Of a stretch of 64,000 nucleotides of DNA, positions 14,135 to 27,947 are shown piece by piece; within the stretch, counting starts at the first letter, position 1; every line of letters starts with the position of its first letter. A program made the translations under genes and the position numbers. The stretch spans positions 32,862,001-32,926,000 of the forward strand of contig NW_024704743.1 in NCBI RefSeq assembly GCF_018977255.1, in the 5' to 3' direction. The stretch is from Callorhinchus milii (lineage: Eukaryota). Under the pieces are notes generated by a model. The model worked only from the letters and a program-made list of their open reading frames with translations. It was not told where the DNA came from and made no database searches.

Positions 14135-15717
14135 TAATATTGGCTGAGTTCAAGTGGTCATTGATGACACTGGGCAATTTTTCTTTCTCTGTGTCTCAAA
14201 GCTCTGAGACCCTACCTTGATTGAAGGGCATTCTAGAAATGCAAGTTATTGTAGGACTTAAAAGTTTACTGGAAATTGATGTTGATTGACAATGATCCGA
14301 GACATGGAAACCTGTAAGTATAGTTTATCCACAGGAGAGCACCTCCAATGATGTGTAACTTGAATCCACAATCTTCTAACTCATTAGGTGAGAGTGTTAT
14401 CAAATGAGCCAGGCTTGTGAAGTGCTTTGAGTTGTTTCAATCAATATGATACTATTTTTTCTTCCTATCAGGGTTGCTATAACAAGGTTGCCCTGAACTA
14501 TTTGAAAAGAGAAGGGAGTTTCTCCTAGTGTGCTGGCCCCCAATCCTCCAGATTGTTTTCCTGGCAGCTACTGGAAGGATTGCTCTTAAATTAGTCACAA
14601 ACACACATGGTTGAATGGCCTTTTTTGGTGCTATAAATTTCTATAGTTTCTATAGGTGACGGAGTGAGTGAGGGAGGGAGGGAGGAAAGAAATCGTTATT
14701 ATTCACCTCATTGCTGTTTGTGGGACTTTATTGACTAGGAAATGGCTATTACATTTGTCTGCAAAAACAATGACAATACTTTGCAGTCATTACCTGCAAA
14801 ACGTTTTGACATAATAAGGCACTACAAAAATTAAAGTTATTTTTTCTCTCCTTTTGACTTTTTGAAAATTGCACTATTCAGTTTTTTCATTAGAAACCAG
14901 GGTTCATAATTTTTTTTGTAGATCAACAAAGCCATATGGCTTCTTTTAAAAATTTGATTTGCCCTCGTCTCTTTCATCTCTAGGATACTTTAGAAAAATT
15001 CAGACCTAAAAGTTTAGGAAAAGGAAATCAATCCCTGAATGCAGCTCAACTTCACCTGGTTTGTGGAGGAGCTGAATTGTTAGGTACAATAATGAGTCTA
15101 TTGCATCTGTCTTTATTGACAGATTGTCTGGGAAATGGGGACAGACTGCAGGAGGCTGGAAAGAAGCTTATCTTAGTCACGTTCAAGATAATTGTTGCAG
15201 GAGTCCTACTTTTCTTTACAATATTATTTTAACCCTTTGTTTGCTGAAAATCACCACATGCATTTGAATGCATAGTAAAAGTCCACATGTATAGGTTTAA
15301 ATTAATTGTACATTTTTACTTGTCATCCTAGTCCATGTCATGTCTTAATAGGTAAATGCATTGCTTGTGTTCAGGCCAACAATTGTCTAAATGAATTTGT
15401 ATAATAATCCCTCAAGAAAATAAAACAATAATAAAATTGGTCACTTCAATCCATGACTGTTTGTGGACACTGCTGTGCGCAATTAGCCAAAAAATGTAGT
15501 CAATTCACCTTACAATATATTCTGTGAAGCGCTTTGAGCGCTTTTTTAACATCAATATACCAGATAAAAACAGTTGTTGTAATATAATAATAATAATTCT
15601 TACATCTCATACAGAGCCTTTCATGTCAGGATGAGAGCATATAATGCAAAGCGAAATGATTGCATTTTGTGGGCGAACACAGCGATCTATTAGGACAGAG
15701 ATTGTCTGTCACCTCAG

Positions 15718-16050
15718 AATAGAATCATAGAATCCTACAGCACAGAAGAAGGCCATTCGGCCCATTGCGCCTGTGCTTTGAAAGAGCTATCCAATTAGTT
15801 CCACTCCCCTGCTCTTTCCCCATAGCCTTGCCATTTTTTCTTTTCAAGTAAACATCCAATTCCCTGTTGAAAGTTATTATTGAATCTGCTTCACCACTCT
15901 TTCAGACAGTACGTGCCATATCATGACAACTTGTTGCGTAAAAATAATTCTCCTAATCTCACCTCTACTTCTTTTGCCAATTATCTTAAATCTGTGTCCC
16001 CTGGTTACCGACCCACTTACCAGTGGAAACAGTTTCACCTTATTTACTCT
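15718..16050 (-). mobile_element. CR1 LINE 3' end
   Basis: atagaatcatagaatc...cagcacagaagaaggccattcgg tail; closely similar to 31972-32300. Confidence 0.85.
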
Positions 16051-16724
16051 ATTTATAACATATATTTGCTTTTGTCCAGGCAGGACACAATATTATAATC
16101 CTCAGTTGAAGCAGCAATGAAGCAGATTCATAAATATAAGACCTCCAAGAAGGAGCTGCACTGTACCTCATGAACAGAGGATATCCAAAACAGAAATTTG
16201 ACATTAATCCGAGGTGTTTAAAGAACATTTAGTCTGATATTGATAGGGGATAAAATGCTGACCAGTGTTTTCCTAAAAGGCATCAATTTTCATCTTAAGA
16301 GCATTAAATCAATAGGCATTGCGTCACATATGTGCTGGGATTCTCCTAGGAGTTAATTAAATTAGAGTATTGAGGGCTATCTTGCAAACATAATGGATTT
16401 AAATTTTCAAAACAGGTCTGTTTCTGACACATTGAAAAAGATAAAGATGTACAGATTTAATGAAGCTGAAAGGCACGGTATAATGAGGATGTAACAAGGT
16501 TATTTGATTCAAATTGCAATCCTAGGCTCCAGGATAAGGCAACAAAATTTATTAAGCATAAAGAAAGTCTGAGAATAAGCATTATTTTCTTTCACAGGCA
16601 AGCAGATATAGGGAAATAACCTCACCAATATTACTTTATGAAACATGAGATTTAAGCTAAATAGAATTTAGAAAGTGGAGTCTAGGAAGTGGGAAGAATT
16701 ATTAGAAGAGAGAAAGCATTTGAT

Positions 16725-17060
16725 AGATTGCCTTTCACGTATGGAGGGGCGTCCCACAAGATTCACTGTAAAGTGTAGTGACTGTGTATTTTTGATGGCG
16801 AACAGAATAGCAAATTTGCACAAAGCCATGTCCCACAAACAGCCATGAAATTAATAATCACTTTTTATCTGGGGTACTGTTGGTAAGAACACTGGGAGAA
16901 ATTGCCTTTTCTTTTCGAATGGTGCCATGCAATTTTTAACGTCCAGATGAACAGGCAGATGGGACCTTAGTGTAATGTCTGATCCGAACAACAGCACTGC
17001 CAAGATTGCAGTGCATCCCCAGTGCTGCATTGGGGTGTCAGCCTAGACTATGAGTTAAAA
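16725..17060 (-). mobile_element. Old Deu-domain SINE (SacSINE1-like)
   Basis: gtcccacaaacagc core and tgccatg...ttttaacgtcc...gaacaggcagatggg...gtcagcctaga body; similar copies at ~34200-34400 and 41215-41540. Confidence 0.65.
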
Positions 17061-17089
17061 CATCCATCTAGTTTTAGATTTAGTCTATT

Positions 17090-17850
17090 TTCTTAATTTT
17101 TGAGGGCATACAGAATTTGGCAAATTCTTAAATCCAGTCTTAATTTTGAAGATAGTGTAATGGAAGCTCTTTTAAGATGGTGGAGGCATGCAAAGGTTTG
17201 TGTGGATAAGGATGCAGGCAATGGAGTTTTGGATGAGCCCGAGTTTGTGAATGTTAGAGCTGGAGGAGCCAGTAAGGATTTTTTTCCTAAAGGTGAGTTT
17301 GGAGGTGACAAATATGAATGTGTGTTTTGGCAGGGTTGGGTGTGAGAAAGGGATGGAGGTGAGAGATACAGTAAAGTACTCTTGATCAAAATTGGATGCG
17401 AGGGAGGAAAGGGAGCTGAGTATCGAAGGATTGCACACTGGTTATGTGAGCTAGAGAGAAATGCCAGGAAAGTTGAAGAAGTTAGAGGCAGAAGCAAGGC
17501 GGCTTCGATGAACGCTGAGGACAATGACTGTTGTCTTGTCCACGTTAAGCTGACGAAGGTTGGGTCAGACAGAACAGTGGCTGTCAGAGCATCAGTGGAT
17601 CTAGAATCAAAGGTGGAGTAGAGAGATAGATTTGGATAACAACAATAACTTTTGTTTATATAACACTCTTCACTCAGGATAGCAATAGTGATAGAGGATA
17701 ACATCACTATTGCTATCCTGCATAACATATGCAGATTAATCCCATGTTCACCAAAAGGGAAAATGCAGATGAGGAAAAGGATAGGACAAAGGCTAGAGCC
17801 ATGAGGCACGCAGTGCAGCTGATATTTCACACTAAAGAGATTGCCTTGAA
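17090..17850 (-). mobile_element. Old, highly diverged L2 fragment
   Basis: VPHGSSLCPILFLI resembles RT motif VPQGSxLGPxLF; IHKLGLIQNSIACIL resembles L2 LHKLQxIQNSAA. Confidence 0.7.
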
Positions 17851-19949
17851 GAGAGGGTATAGGAGAAAGTTGGAGACAGATTGAAGAAGATGAAAACAAA
17901 TGACTTCTACTTCATTCTCTTGCTCCATTTCAAACTGTACCAAGAAAAATAAACAAAGTACAGGGCACAGTACTTTAGTGAAATAGCTGAATCTGAATCA
18001 AGTACAAGTATTGGAATTTAATTTTCGGTACTTCATAATAGGATTCTAAAAATTCCCATTGACCCACAGGAACTTAGCTCTGGAAACATATATTAAAGTG
18101 GAGCTCCTATGGGTCAGAGTGATATACTTCCGATGAACGGAAGGAGTTCCCACTAGTGCAACGTGTATTCCCATTAAGAAAAATTACAAATTAGACCCAG
18201 TGAATCTTATATATTGGACAGCTCAGTCCGCTCAGATTTGCTGTCAGTGCCTATAACCATTGCTTATTATGCAAAAGAAGNAAAAATGCCTTCTTGTCCC
18301 GATATGAACAGTTGAATATCTTCCNAAAAACATAGGTATGTTTGGTTATGCATATAAACACCCAATTTGTATGTCCAATTGCATCTTCAGAATGCTGTTG
18401 TTTGACGGAAAGAGAAGCAGACTGTGGGGAATATTCGAAAAACAAGTGAAAAACAAAAAAAGTTTGTATGTTAAAATGCAGGTCCAGCATGGAAAGTTGG
18501 ATCCAAGTGAATCAGCACAAATAACAGACAGGTACAGACATTTCTCCAGTGAGGAGTTGCGAAGAGATGTGGCACTGAAGGTGCACTTGGTCTTACTTCC
18601 CACAAAGGGGATCCAGTGATGGGCAGATTGTAGGAGTTGTCTTGGAATGCTGGAAAGCTGCAACAGACAATGCCAATATTGCAGTGCTTTGGCGTCAAAT
18701 GTGTCCTCCATTTCTGAAATAGAGTTGACAGGCACTGCTGGCAGATCTTGCATTACTCATTCAGGTGAAACCAAGCAGTACAGCTTCAGAGCACTCGACG
18801 TCTACATTGGCATTAACGTTAGCATTCACATCTTCACAGCCCTCGCTTTCCCAGACAGGGGATTGTCAGCTTTGCTCTTATTAAATAATTAGGTTTGGAG
18901 GAGAGGAACCGTATCAGAAATCCTGGAAACTTACCAGCCAAGGCAGCTGTCCAGTGGAAAAAGGCTTTTGATACTGAAGAGAACCTAATACTTGTAAACA
19001 ATTCTTCTGTTATCAGAAGCTCCATTGTGGGATTGATGGACTTTTAATAAAAGGATTTGAACACATTTCTGTCACGCCTTGGACTTCTTGACAAGCATCA
19101 CGGAAATGTGTTCATTAGGCTCCACGGCCCCAGGTCCCTATGGAACCAACCAATGATCTGGAACACAGGAAATCATCACTTTGTTTCTTAAGATGATGGA
19201 TTGTTTCCACCGAGTGGGCTCTGTTAAAGGACAATCTATGTTCAGAATTTATCATTAAATGTAAAACAAAATGAACCTGAAAGTACACACATGTACAACA
19301 CACCGTTTGGAATACACTATGCCTGTATTCTTGTGATGAAAGAGATAAAAACTCTCAAAACATCAGAAGTAATTTGGCTAAATCTGTCCTAAATGTTCAC
19401 TTTGGATACAAACTTTGGATCCAAGCAAATCCTCGGCCCTCAAAGAATCATACAGGTTAAACCACAAAAACAGGCCATTTGGTCTTTCAAGTCAGCACTG
19501 GTTAGTTTTTCCACATAAGCCCCCAGTTTAATAGAAAACATAGGAATCCTACACAATTATACTATTCTGCTTACTCCCTGTATCCTTTAGTGTGCTTTTT
19601 TAAGCATCTATCTAATTCCTGTATTTATGGACTCTGCCTCAATAATGGTTTGTAGCAGAGAGTTCCACATTCACACCACCTTCTGCATAAAAGACATTTC
19701 TCTAACCTCTGCTCTAATTCTTTTTGTGATTATCAAAATTGTGTTTTCTTAATATTGACTCAATGGCCTGTGGAAAAAATCGGTTGCCATTTATCTTCTC
19801 ACAGCCGTTCACAATGTATGTCAATTATAAATAATAATCAGGTTGACCTTCAACCTTCTTGGTGTCAGTGAAGAAAAAAAGTCCTAATCCCTCAAGTTGC
19901 CTCTCATAACTGAATCTTAGAGACTAGAAACTACATTACTTCTTGTAAG

Positions 19950-22060
19950 ACCCCTTCCCATTGCACCTAGATCACAGCAAGTATGCAATGAGTTTCACAA
20001 TATGGATGATATTACTGTGACAAATTGCCAGTAACAAATCTACTGTGACAACTGAACTCTTCAGTGATAGTGCCATACAAGCCTGCACACAATCTAAAGG
20101 TTAGTTTGTATATTAGTGTGATACGTCAGACAGAATATTGCAAATATATATTGTCTGATATATTATCAAGATATCCTAATTTCTGTGATTCTCCATCAAA
20201 GAGAGTGAAGACCATATCTGACTGCAATTCCATTATCAAGACTCATGGACTGAGATCCACTGAATATAAATGCCTTCGATGTAAGTGACCTTGATACTTC
20301 GGTAGGAGGCTCTGTCTCCAATTGTAATTGTCTCAAGTCACAAGGTGAAACCTACAGCTCATAAATAAATCACATCCACACTGTCAAACAGCCAACTCTT
20401 GCCAATTTTTCTGTTGTAAATTATTCTTTTGAATACGTGCCATGATGATTCACTGTGTGGAGTTGTGACATGTTTTAAAAATTATGATATATAAGGTGAA
20501 ATCAAACTGCGGTGCAAAACAAGTAGTAATACTGTAACTAAATTTCCAACTGTGCACTTCACCTTCTAGGCATCATCTTTCTATGTGCTTGGCCAGATAC
20601 TTAAGGGCTGCAGTCCCTAGCCCACCAGATAGGTCGTGGGTAGTTATATACTGCACCATCTTATTGGGCTGGCTTTTGCACATTGATTTGCCAGACTATG
20701 GCACTACCTCATCCCTCACGCCTCTGAAACACTGGTCCATGCCTTCATCACTTCAAGGCTGGACTACGGGAACTCTCTCCTCGACGGCCTTCCCGGCACC
20801 TCCCTCCACAAGCTGCAGGTCAATCAGAACTCTGCAGCTCATGTACTGTCCCGCACCAGGCTTCGCGACCACATCACTCCCACCCTCGCTCGCCTCCACT
20901 GGCTCCCCATCCCCCAGAGGATCAAATTCAAGATCCTCATCCTCACCTACAAGGCCATTTATGGCCTTGCTCCCTCCTACCTCTCCGACCTACTATCCCC
21001 CATGTACCTGCCATTCCTCTGGCTCTGGTCTGCTCCACATTCCGCGCCCTAACCGCCCTATCATCGGTGGCCGGGCTTTCAGCTTCTCAGGCCCTGGGCT
21101 CTGGAACTCCATCCTACAGTGCCTTCGCCGCCTCCTCCTTTTCCTCCTTCAATGCCGGTCTCAAGACCTTTCTCTTCGACCGTGCCTCAGCTCCCCTCTC
21201 GACTCTCTACCCATTCCTCGCTCCCTCCCTTCCCTCCCCTCCTCGCTCCCTCCCTTTCCTTCCCTCACCCTGACCATTTACCCCCTGCTCGGGTCCTGAC
21301 CCAACTGTCCAGCGCCTTGGGACGTCCTCCCGACGTGAAAGGCGCTCTATAAATGCAATCTTGTTGTTGTTGATACTATTCATGTAAGATTAACAGACTG
21401 CAAGACATAGTATAATAAATATCAATCTGTCCAGTTGTAATGTGCCTGCAGGGTTCATGCTTAACTTGCTTTGCGTCTGTGTTTGCTGTGTTTGCCATTT
21501 GTGTGTTGTGGGTTTTACCTTAGTGGTTGTGCATGCAGCCCACTAGGTTCTTTCTTAGTTGAAGTGGCAATGGTGGTGGATGGCTGCTGGGGATGCAAGC
21601 ACCCTCTCGCTAAATCTGCGAGTGACTTTAATTTGACTGTACCAGGGACAGCAATCTTGTGCTGTAATTTTGTGGATTTTGTGCTCTCGAATAATGTCTA
21701 CTGTCAATGATTCAGGGCTATGACAGCACAGAGAGTGCTGCATCTGAGATACTTTACTGATGCTACTAATGGAAGCTGTCTTCTCAAGACATAATAGATC
21801 TTATAAGAGACTTGAAACCAACCATTGATGCATCTTGGGGTTTCACCTGTTATCGCCTCCATCACAGCATTGGGTGATTCATCAGGAATGCTCCTATTCT
21901 GCTTAATTCACAATTTCTCAATGAACACTGCAACATATACAGTTTGAATCATACTGGGGAGGGGATGCCTCCATATGTAAGTGTTGTACTCCTGTATAAT
22001 CCACATTACACAGACCATTGCACAGTGGTTCGAATGGAAGTATAGCATGGTCCTCGCGTA
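19950..22060 (-). mobile_element. Possible ancient I/Nimb-clade LINE remnants, interrupted by the L2 at 20700-21372
   Basis: Weak minus-strand motifs: SPNAVMEAITGETP (~21850-21890) and IYIQWISVH (~20245-20270, resembles the RNase H WIPSH motif); recognised by eye only. Confidence 0.3.
20700..21372 (+). mobile_element. L2 LINE 3' fragment
   Basis: IIGGRAFSFSGPGLWNSI, SFNAGLKTFLFD; intact tail gcgccttgggacgtcctcccgacgtgaaaggcgctc...(TTG)n; near-identical subfamily copy at 39760-40302. Confidence 0.92.
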
Positions 22061-23509
22061 CTACTTAGAGAAATGCTTTTGCCTACAAAATACAGTCTTT
22101 ACAGTAAAATCCTGTAAACAGTTTTGAGACATTCTCACAACATGAAAGGCGCTATATCAAGTGCAAGGATTTTTAAAATATTATTTTGATTATTATTATA
22201 CGTCAGGGCTGTAGAATAAGAGGGAAAAAGCTCAGGCATATTTCAAGACAGACACCACCATATCAACCCAGAGGGTATTTGATGACTGGAACATGGGAAT
22301 GGGAAGGGTGGTTGAAGCAAGCACGATGGACTCAATCAACAAAGAGATCGATGCCATAATGGGCAGACTGCAGAGTGGGTATTCTGGAAGGATGAGATCA
22401 AATGGGCTTCTTCATCTGAACCTCTGCTGTGATCTTATGAGGACCACAAACATGTTTCAGTTGGGGCACACAGCTTGCTGTTATACTGTGGGCCCCTTTG
22501 TTTCTTTCCTCTCCAAACTATTTCTAAAGACCTAGGATACGTTGTTATGATACTCAGGGATTCTGCTCTCATAGCTACAAACCATCTATCTATTCAATTA
22601 AGTTGCTTTGGAGGCAACGAGGTAATCACTCTGCGTGTAGTCACAGAGTGAGCTGTGCGATGTGCAAAGAACCATTTACAATTACAGTATCCTTAAAAGA
22701 AAATAAAGAGTATGAATAAAGAATAAAGATCGGGATGTTTAAACGACAGTATTCTGGTCCTACACAATACTGTGCCACTTTGAAAAAGCTAAGAAAGAGG
22801 AGAATTTAATTCTAATATGAAGTAATTGATTTTCTTTTACAGTTAGTCAGTTTGAATACTGGATTGCCATCACTACATGCTTCATCTCTCCTAAAAAGCA
22901 GCTGCACTGATTTCACAGTACTTTCATATTTATTCAAACATGGTTTCACATTTCCCCATTGATTTTCTCTTTGGTGCCCATTCTCTTGCAACACTTTTGC
23001 ATTGAAACAATTAGATCTTGAAGTTTGGAGGAACACAGCAACAATCTATTTTCACTATTGCACGCTGAGTTTGCCAAAACAAAACACCATTACTAACCTG
23101 TACAGTAAAAAAATCCAGTGAAGCTCTTTGAAAAGTCCTTCCAATGTGAATGGTGTGATATCAAATGCAAGGATTGCAGCTTGAAAATTGCAAAGACAGA
23201 TAAAAGTTGATAGTGGATGATAGAAATATGTGTGTGGGATTTGTGTAAAGATTTCTGGTTAGAGGCTTTTCATTAGCAAATTGTGGTATGTGGCAAATTA
23301 AGTTACAAATATGAGACACATGGAATAAAGTGGCTCTTTGGCAATGTTTTAGTATTTTACTCCTCTCCAAGGGCCAGGAAATTGTGTCATACACAATTTG
23401 TACCATATATGCTACACATTGCATTTCATGGTAAAACAATTGCACAAGTTAAACCTATACTTATACTCATCGCAAAGAAGTGTTTTGTTGTGTATGGTTG
23501 ACCATTTTC

Positions 23510-23925
23510 AGAATGAAATGAGGAGAGGTGAGAGCGGTTAGGGTTCTTCCCGTTAGAGCAGAGAAGGTTGAGGGGTAATATGATAGAGGTTCAAGATAAT
23601 AGAAGGGTTTGAGAGATTTAACAGTGAACACACTTTCCACTGGTAGGGGATTCAAGAACAAGAGAGATGAAATTCAAGATTATATCGAAGGGAGTAAACA
23701 GAGAGATTCAGAAAAACTTCTTCTCTCAGAGGATTGTCTGGGTGTGGAATGCCTTGACAAAGGGGATTGTTAGAGAAGAAAAGATTGGAGCATTTAAAAA
23801 AGAATTAGACAAACATGTGCAGAGGAAAGGTGTAAGAGGGTATGGGGAAAGAGCGGAGTACCAAGAGGAAGAATTGGGATTAAAATGGTTGGTTCCTTGG
23901 AGGAACAAACACAAACATGAATAAA
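23510..23925 (+). mobile_element. CR1 LINE 3' fragment
   Basis: NFFSQRIVWVWNAL...AFKKELDKHVQ matches the CR1 ORF2 C-terminus. Confidence 0.85.
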
Positions 23926-23940
23926 TCATATAATATAAAA

Positions 23941-24301
23941 ATAATAATCTTTGCATTTGATATAGTGCCTTATCACATCTTCGAGACGTCTCAAAGCACT
24001 TCACAGAATATCCTGTAAAGTGAATTGACTGTATATTTTTTGTGGGTGAAACATGGCAGCCAATTGCACGCCGCAGTTTCCCACAAACAATCGTGGATTG
24101 AGTGACCAAGTTTTTTTTAAGGAATTATTACCCCCGGAAAAGCGATCCGCCAATCAACTAACAACCGGGTTCCTGCTTACTGCCAGGTAAACAGAGGCAT
24201 GTGAAGTAAGGAAACTTGCCTAATGTTTCGCCCAGCCGGGAATCAAACCCAGATGTCTCGCTTGCGAGGTGAGCGCTCTAACCACTAAGCTACAAGATTC
24301 C
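23941..24301 (-). mobile_element. Full-length tRNA-derived SINE, long form
   Basis: Reverse complement of the 13760 element, head at 24301. Confidence 0.9.
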
Positions 24302-24759
24302 AAATGCAGTACCTTTTCATTCAAATATTTATTTAATTCATCACAGCCCTAGATTTTGGGCACATGATAAAAGGAGTTGTTTTGCTGCATTCACCAACAG
24401 TATAAAGATAAAGCCAAACATTTCACAAACATTGGAAAACTTACATTCATTTTGATTTTCTGGGAGAGTTGCTCCATAATCCTGCCAAAACTTTTCAACA
24501 TAATCCTGCGTTAAAGAAAGATGTACAGCATTATTTTCCTTCATTAACAGGGACAGTTTTAAAGTCTACCTTCCCCATTTCAAATCTAACAATTACTCAG
24601 AATCTACAGCTGTGCCCTCCTTGTGTCAAATGTTCCCAGATTTAGCTGATGGACAACATCTGCTTGGCTGACTCCTCTTCCTCCCCCATGTCCCCTAGCA
24701 CCTCTACTCCCACCTCCATTCCTTCTACCCACGCTTTCCATCACGGCTCCACCGGCTGT

Positions 24760-25800
24760 CCCCACCACTTTGTAGACCACTTTGCCCCCATTTCTCCTTC
24801 CTTCCTCTCAACCATCATCTTGTTTCAAAGCCCACCACCTGCTGCCTCAACCCCTTCCCCGATGAGCTGCTGATCACCAACGATCCCTCCTCTGCCTCTG
24901 CTGGCTGACACAGTTACCCAGCCCCTCTCTGCAGGCTCAGGACCACTCCCCTCAAAACCCTTGTCATCCTCAAAAAAAAACACCCTTGATACCCCTAACA
25001 TTGCAAACTACTGGACCACTTCTAACTTACCCATCATTTCTAAAATCCTGAAATACATTGTTGTCAACCTACTCTCTCACACTTCTCCCTCCACTCCATA
25101 CTCGAGTCCCTCCAATCTGGATTCTGTCCTGCCCACACAGCACTTGTCAAAGTCACAAATGATGTCCTTTCTCTCTGTGATGAGAGGCCCCTCTGTCTCC
25201 TTGTCCTCCTGGACCTCTCTGCTGCTGAGGTACAATTGGTCAGTACCTTGGGACATCATCTCGACGTGAAAGGCGCTATGCAAATGTCATTTGTTGCAAA
25301 TACTCTTTGCGATGAGTATAGTTATAGGATCATGCCATCCTCCTCCACTGCCTTTCCATCTTCATTCACCTCAGTGGGACTGCACTATCCTGGTTCGAGT
25401 CATACTTAACCAACCACCATCACTTCATCTCTGCAAATGTTTTTTCCTCCCGCCCCCTTTATTTCCACATTCCCTCTTGGCAATGTCAACCACACACTCG
25501 GGGTAAACTTCAACATGCACGCGGATGACATTGAAATCTTCTCCTCATCCAGCTGTGTCCACTGATGTTCTGTCAGCTACTTTGTCAGACATCAAGGCCT
25601 GGATGAGTGCCAACTTTCTGAAACTGAATGCTGACAAGACGGAAGCAATATTCCTGGCCTCCTGTCAATACTTTCTCATCTATGGCTCCGACTTCCGCAA
25701 CCTCCCCGGCCTATTCCTGAGATTTACCTAACCTGTGTGTAACCTAGGCATCAGTTTTGATCCCCAGCTGTTCTTCCTACCCCACTGTCTCAGCCCACGT
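24760..25800 (+). mobile_element. Fragmented L2 LINE (RT region)
   Basis: ANYWTTSNLPIISKILKYIV, LDLSAA, LSDIKAWMSANFLKLNADKTE; interrupted by a tail insertion at ~25228-25325. Confidence 0.8.
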
Positions 25801-26243
25801 TCCAATTCTTTATCCAGTGTCACTTTCTATATCTAGTGCCACTTTGGGAAAGAAATGAAATCTGACGCGTTATTCTTAATCTTGGCCCTTTTGATCTAAT
25901 TTAATCTTTCAGTGAGGTGTCACATCGGGGATTTCAGATCTGCCAAACTTCTGCATAACATTGCACTGCACTTTAGTTAGATATTTAATAACCACTTGGT
26001 AGCACACAAGTTTAACCTCACGTCTCCAGCAAATATAACCAATGCTTGGTAGAAAAATTCTAAAAAAAGGAACTGCAGAGCAAACGCATTTTCAAAAGTG
26101 AGACATATTTAAAACTTTTCCAAAATTTTGCAGAATCTTAAATTTTAAGACAATTGCTCTAATTCGGAGGCCTTGAGAATTTTTGGACCTCATAATAATA
26201 ATAGTCCTTACATTGGATATGGCGCCTTATCATGTCGTTGAAA

Positions 26244-26395
26244 GCCGTGCTTTCAGCCACTACGCCCCGAAACTCTGGAACGCTCTTCCTCTTCAACTGT
26301 GCTTATGGTCACCCCCTTCCATTCCCTGGCTTGATGTCAGATGCTGAGATGCTAGCCTGCGTGATGCATGCTATATAAATGCAAGTTGTTGTGTT
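26244..26395 (+). mobile_element. Short L2 3' end inserted into a minus-strand SINE tail, with 7-bp TSD
   Basis: gttgaaa at 26237-26243 and 26396-26402; the SINE tail resumes after the insert. Confidence 0.7.
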
Positions 26396-27299
26396 GTTGA
26401 AATGTCTCAAAGAGCTTCACAAGATTTTTCTGTAAAGTGTAGTGACTATGTATTTATAGTTGAAGCTGGAGCCCTGTCTGATTTTATCCTTGCTAACCCA
26501 GAAAAGCTCAGACCAATTGTAGCTTTGACTGCTGGCCAGCTGGAGAACAAATAATTTACAGGCCAGCATCCAAACCTGGGATTATCATCTCAGTTTGATC
26601 CCTGACCTCTGTGGCTAATCTACTCTTTGAATAATCTCACAGAGCCGGCATTTGATATCACCATTTATTTTTTAAAAAAAGGGGCTATTGATGTTGAGAC
26701 TCTTTCTCTTAAAAAAGGATCAGAAAAAAAATATTGGTTCATCAGTTAATTAAAATCTGATTAATATTTAATATTTAATTACGGCAGCATTTTGGCTCAG
26801 AAAAGAAGGAAATCCAAGATACCAAGCACATTAGCATAAAACACACTAGACTACTGTATTGCCTATTGTCCTGCGTGCTGTGAAGCGGCTGCTCACACAG
26901 TAGTTGTGAGGAGCACATTAATGTTGCAATGGCTAATATTGTAGTATCAATAACATTTGTTAAATATATGGTTTGCTTCTACCCTTTTGTAGTTCTTCAA
27001 ATTACACACCATTCCCTGGCTGAGAAGTGAATTAGATGAGCTGTTCCTAGGCAAAGGCATTGCCCAGAGCCAGCTCCTTGGCGGATCAGAGCTTGGTTTA
27101 TATTCACGTTAGTCGCAACCGTAGGAAAGAGCTACAGTTAACGTGGTTGGTGAGGTTTCTGTTCGTCAACTGCGCCTGAATTTCCAAACATTACTCAGGT
27201 CTCAAATAAAGTCTTATGTACCGTGGTGAAGGTTTATTTACAAGGCAAGCAATAGGCAAAATAAATGGGGAAGGATGTATCAAATATTATATTGACACA

Positions 27300-27640
27300 A
27301 CAACGAGACAACAAATTACATTTGCATAACGCCTTTCACATTGGGAGGACGTCCCAAGGCACTGGAAAGTGAGGGATTTGGACCCGAGCAGAGGGTTGGG
27401 ATCAGGAGGGGTGGAGGGCCAGGAGGGTAGGGAAAGCAACCGAAAGGTCAAAGAGGAGGGTCTTGAGACGTGTCTTGAAGGAGGCAAGGGAGCAAGGTGA
27501 AAGGACTGTGGGATGGAGTTCCAAAGGGTGGGGGCAGAGAGGCTGAAGGCCCAATCGCCGATGGTGGGGCAGGCCAGGTGGGGGACGTGAAGCAGGCCAG
27601 AGCTTGCTGAGCGGAAGGACCGGGCAGGTTGATATGAGGT
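27300..27640 (-). mobile_element. L2 LINE 3' end
   Basis: ARSFRSASSGLLHVP...PTIGDWAFSLSAPTLWNSIP plus tail. Confidence 0.9.
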
Positions 27641-27641
27641 C

Positions 27642-27947
27642 ATAATAATCCTTGCATTTGATATAGCACTTTTCACGTCTTCTAGACATCTCAAAGCACT
27701 TCACAGAATATACTGTGAAGTGAATTGACTGTATATTTGTGGGTGAAACACGGCAGCCAATTGTGCACAGCAGTGTCTCACAAACAGTCATGGATTGGAG
27801 TGACCAATTTATTAGTTTTTTTTCTTGAGGGATTATTATTAGGTGTGTGGAGTAAGGAAACTTGCCCAAGGTTTCGCCCTGCCGGGAATTGAACCCAGGT
27901 CTCTCACTTGTGAGGCGAGTGCTCTAACCACTGAGCTACAGGACGCC
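27642..27947 (-). mobile_element. tRNA-derived SINE, short form
   Basis: Head, Deu-like core and tail present; lacks the central ~55-nt segment of the long form. Confidence 0.88.

Noticed and set aside
17093..17899. Longest ORF in the track (268 aa) as a novel gene
   Set aside because: It contains degraded L2 RT motifs and switches between L2 frames; it is a chance open frame in a pyrimidine-rich LINE relic
19095..19160. Minus-strand acceptor followed by IIGWFHRDLG (SH2-like WFHRDL)
   Set aside because: A stop follows within ~10 codons and no partner exons were found; likely coincidence
20583..21299. 238-aa Ser/Pro-rich ORF (also 54176..54796 and similar)
   Set aside because: These are off-frame readings of L2 ORF2 3' fragments
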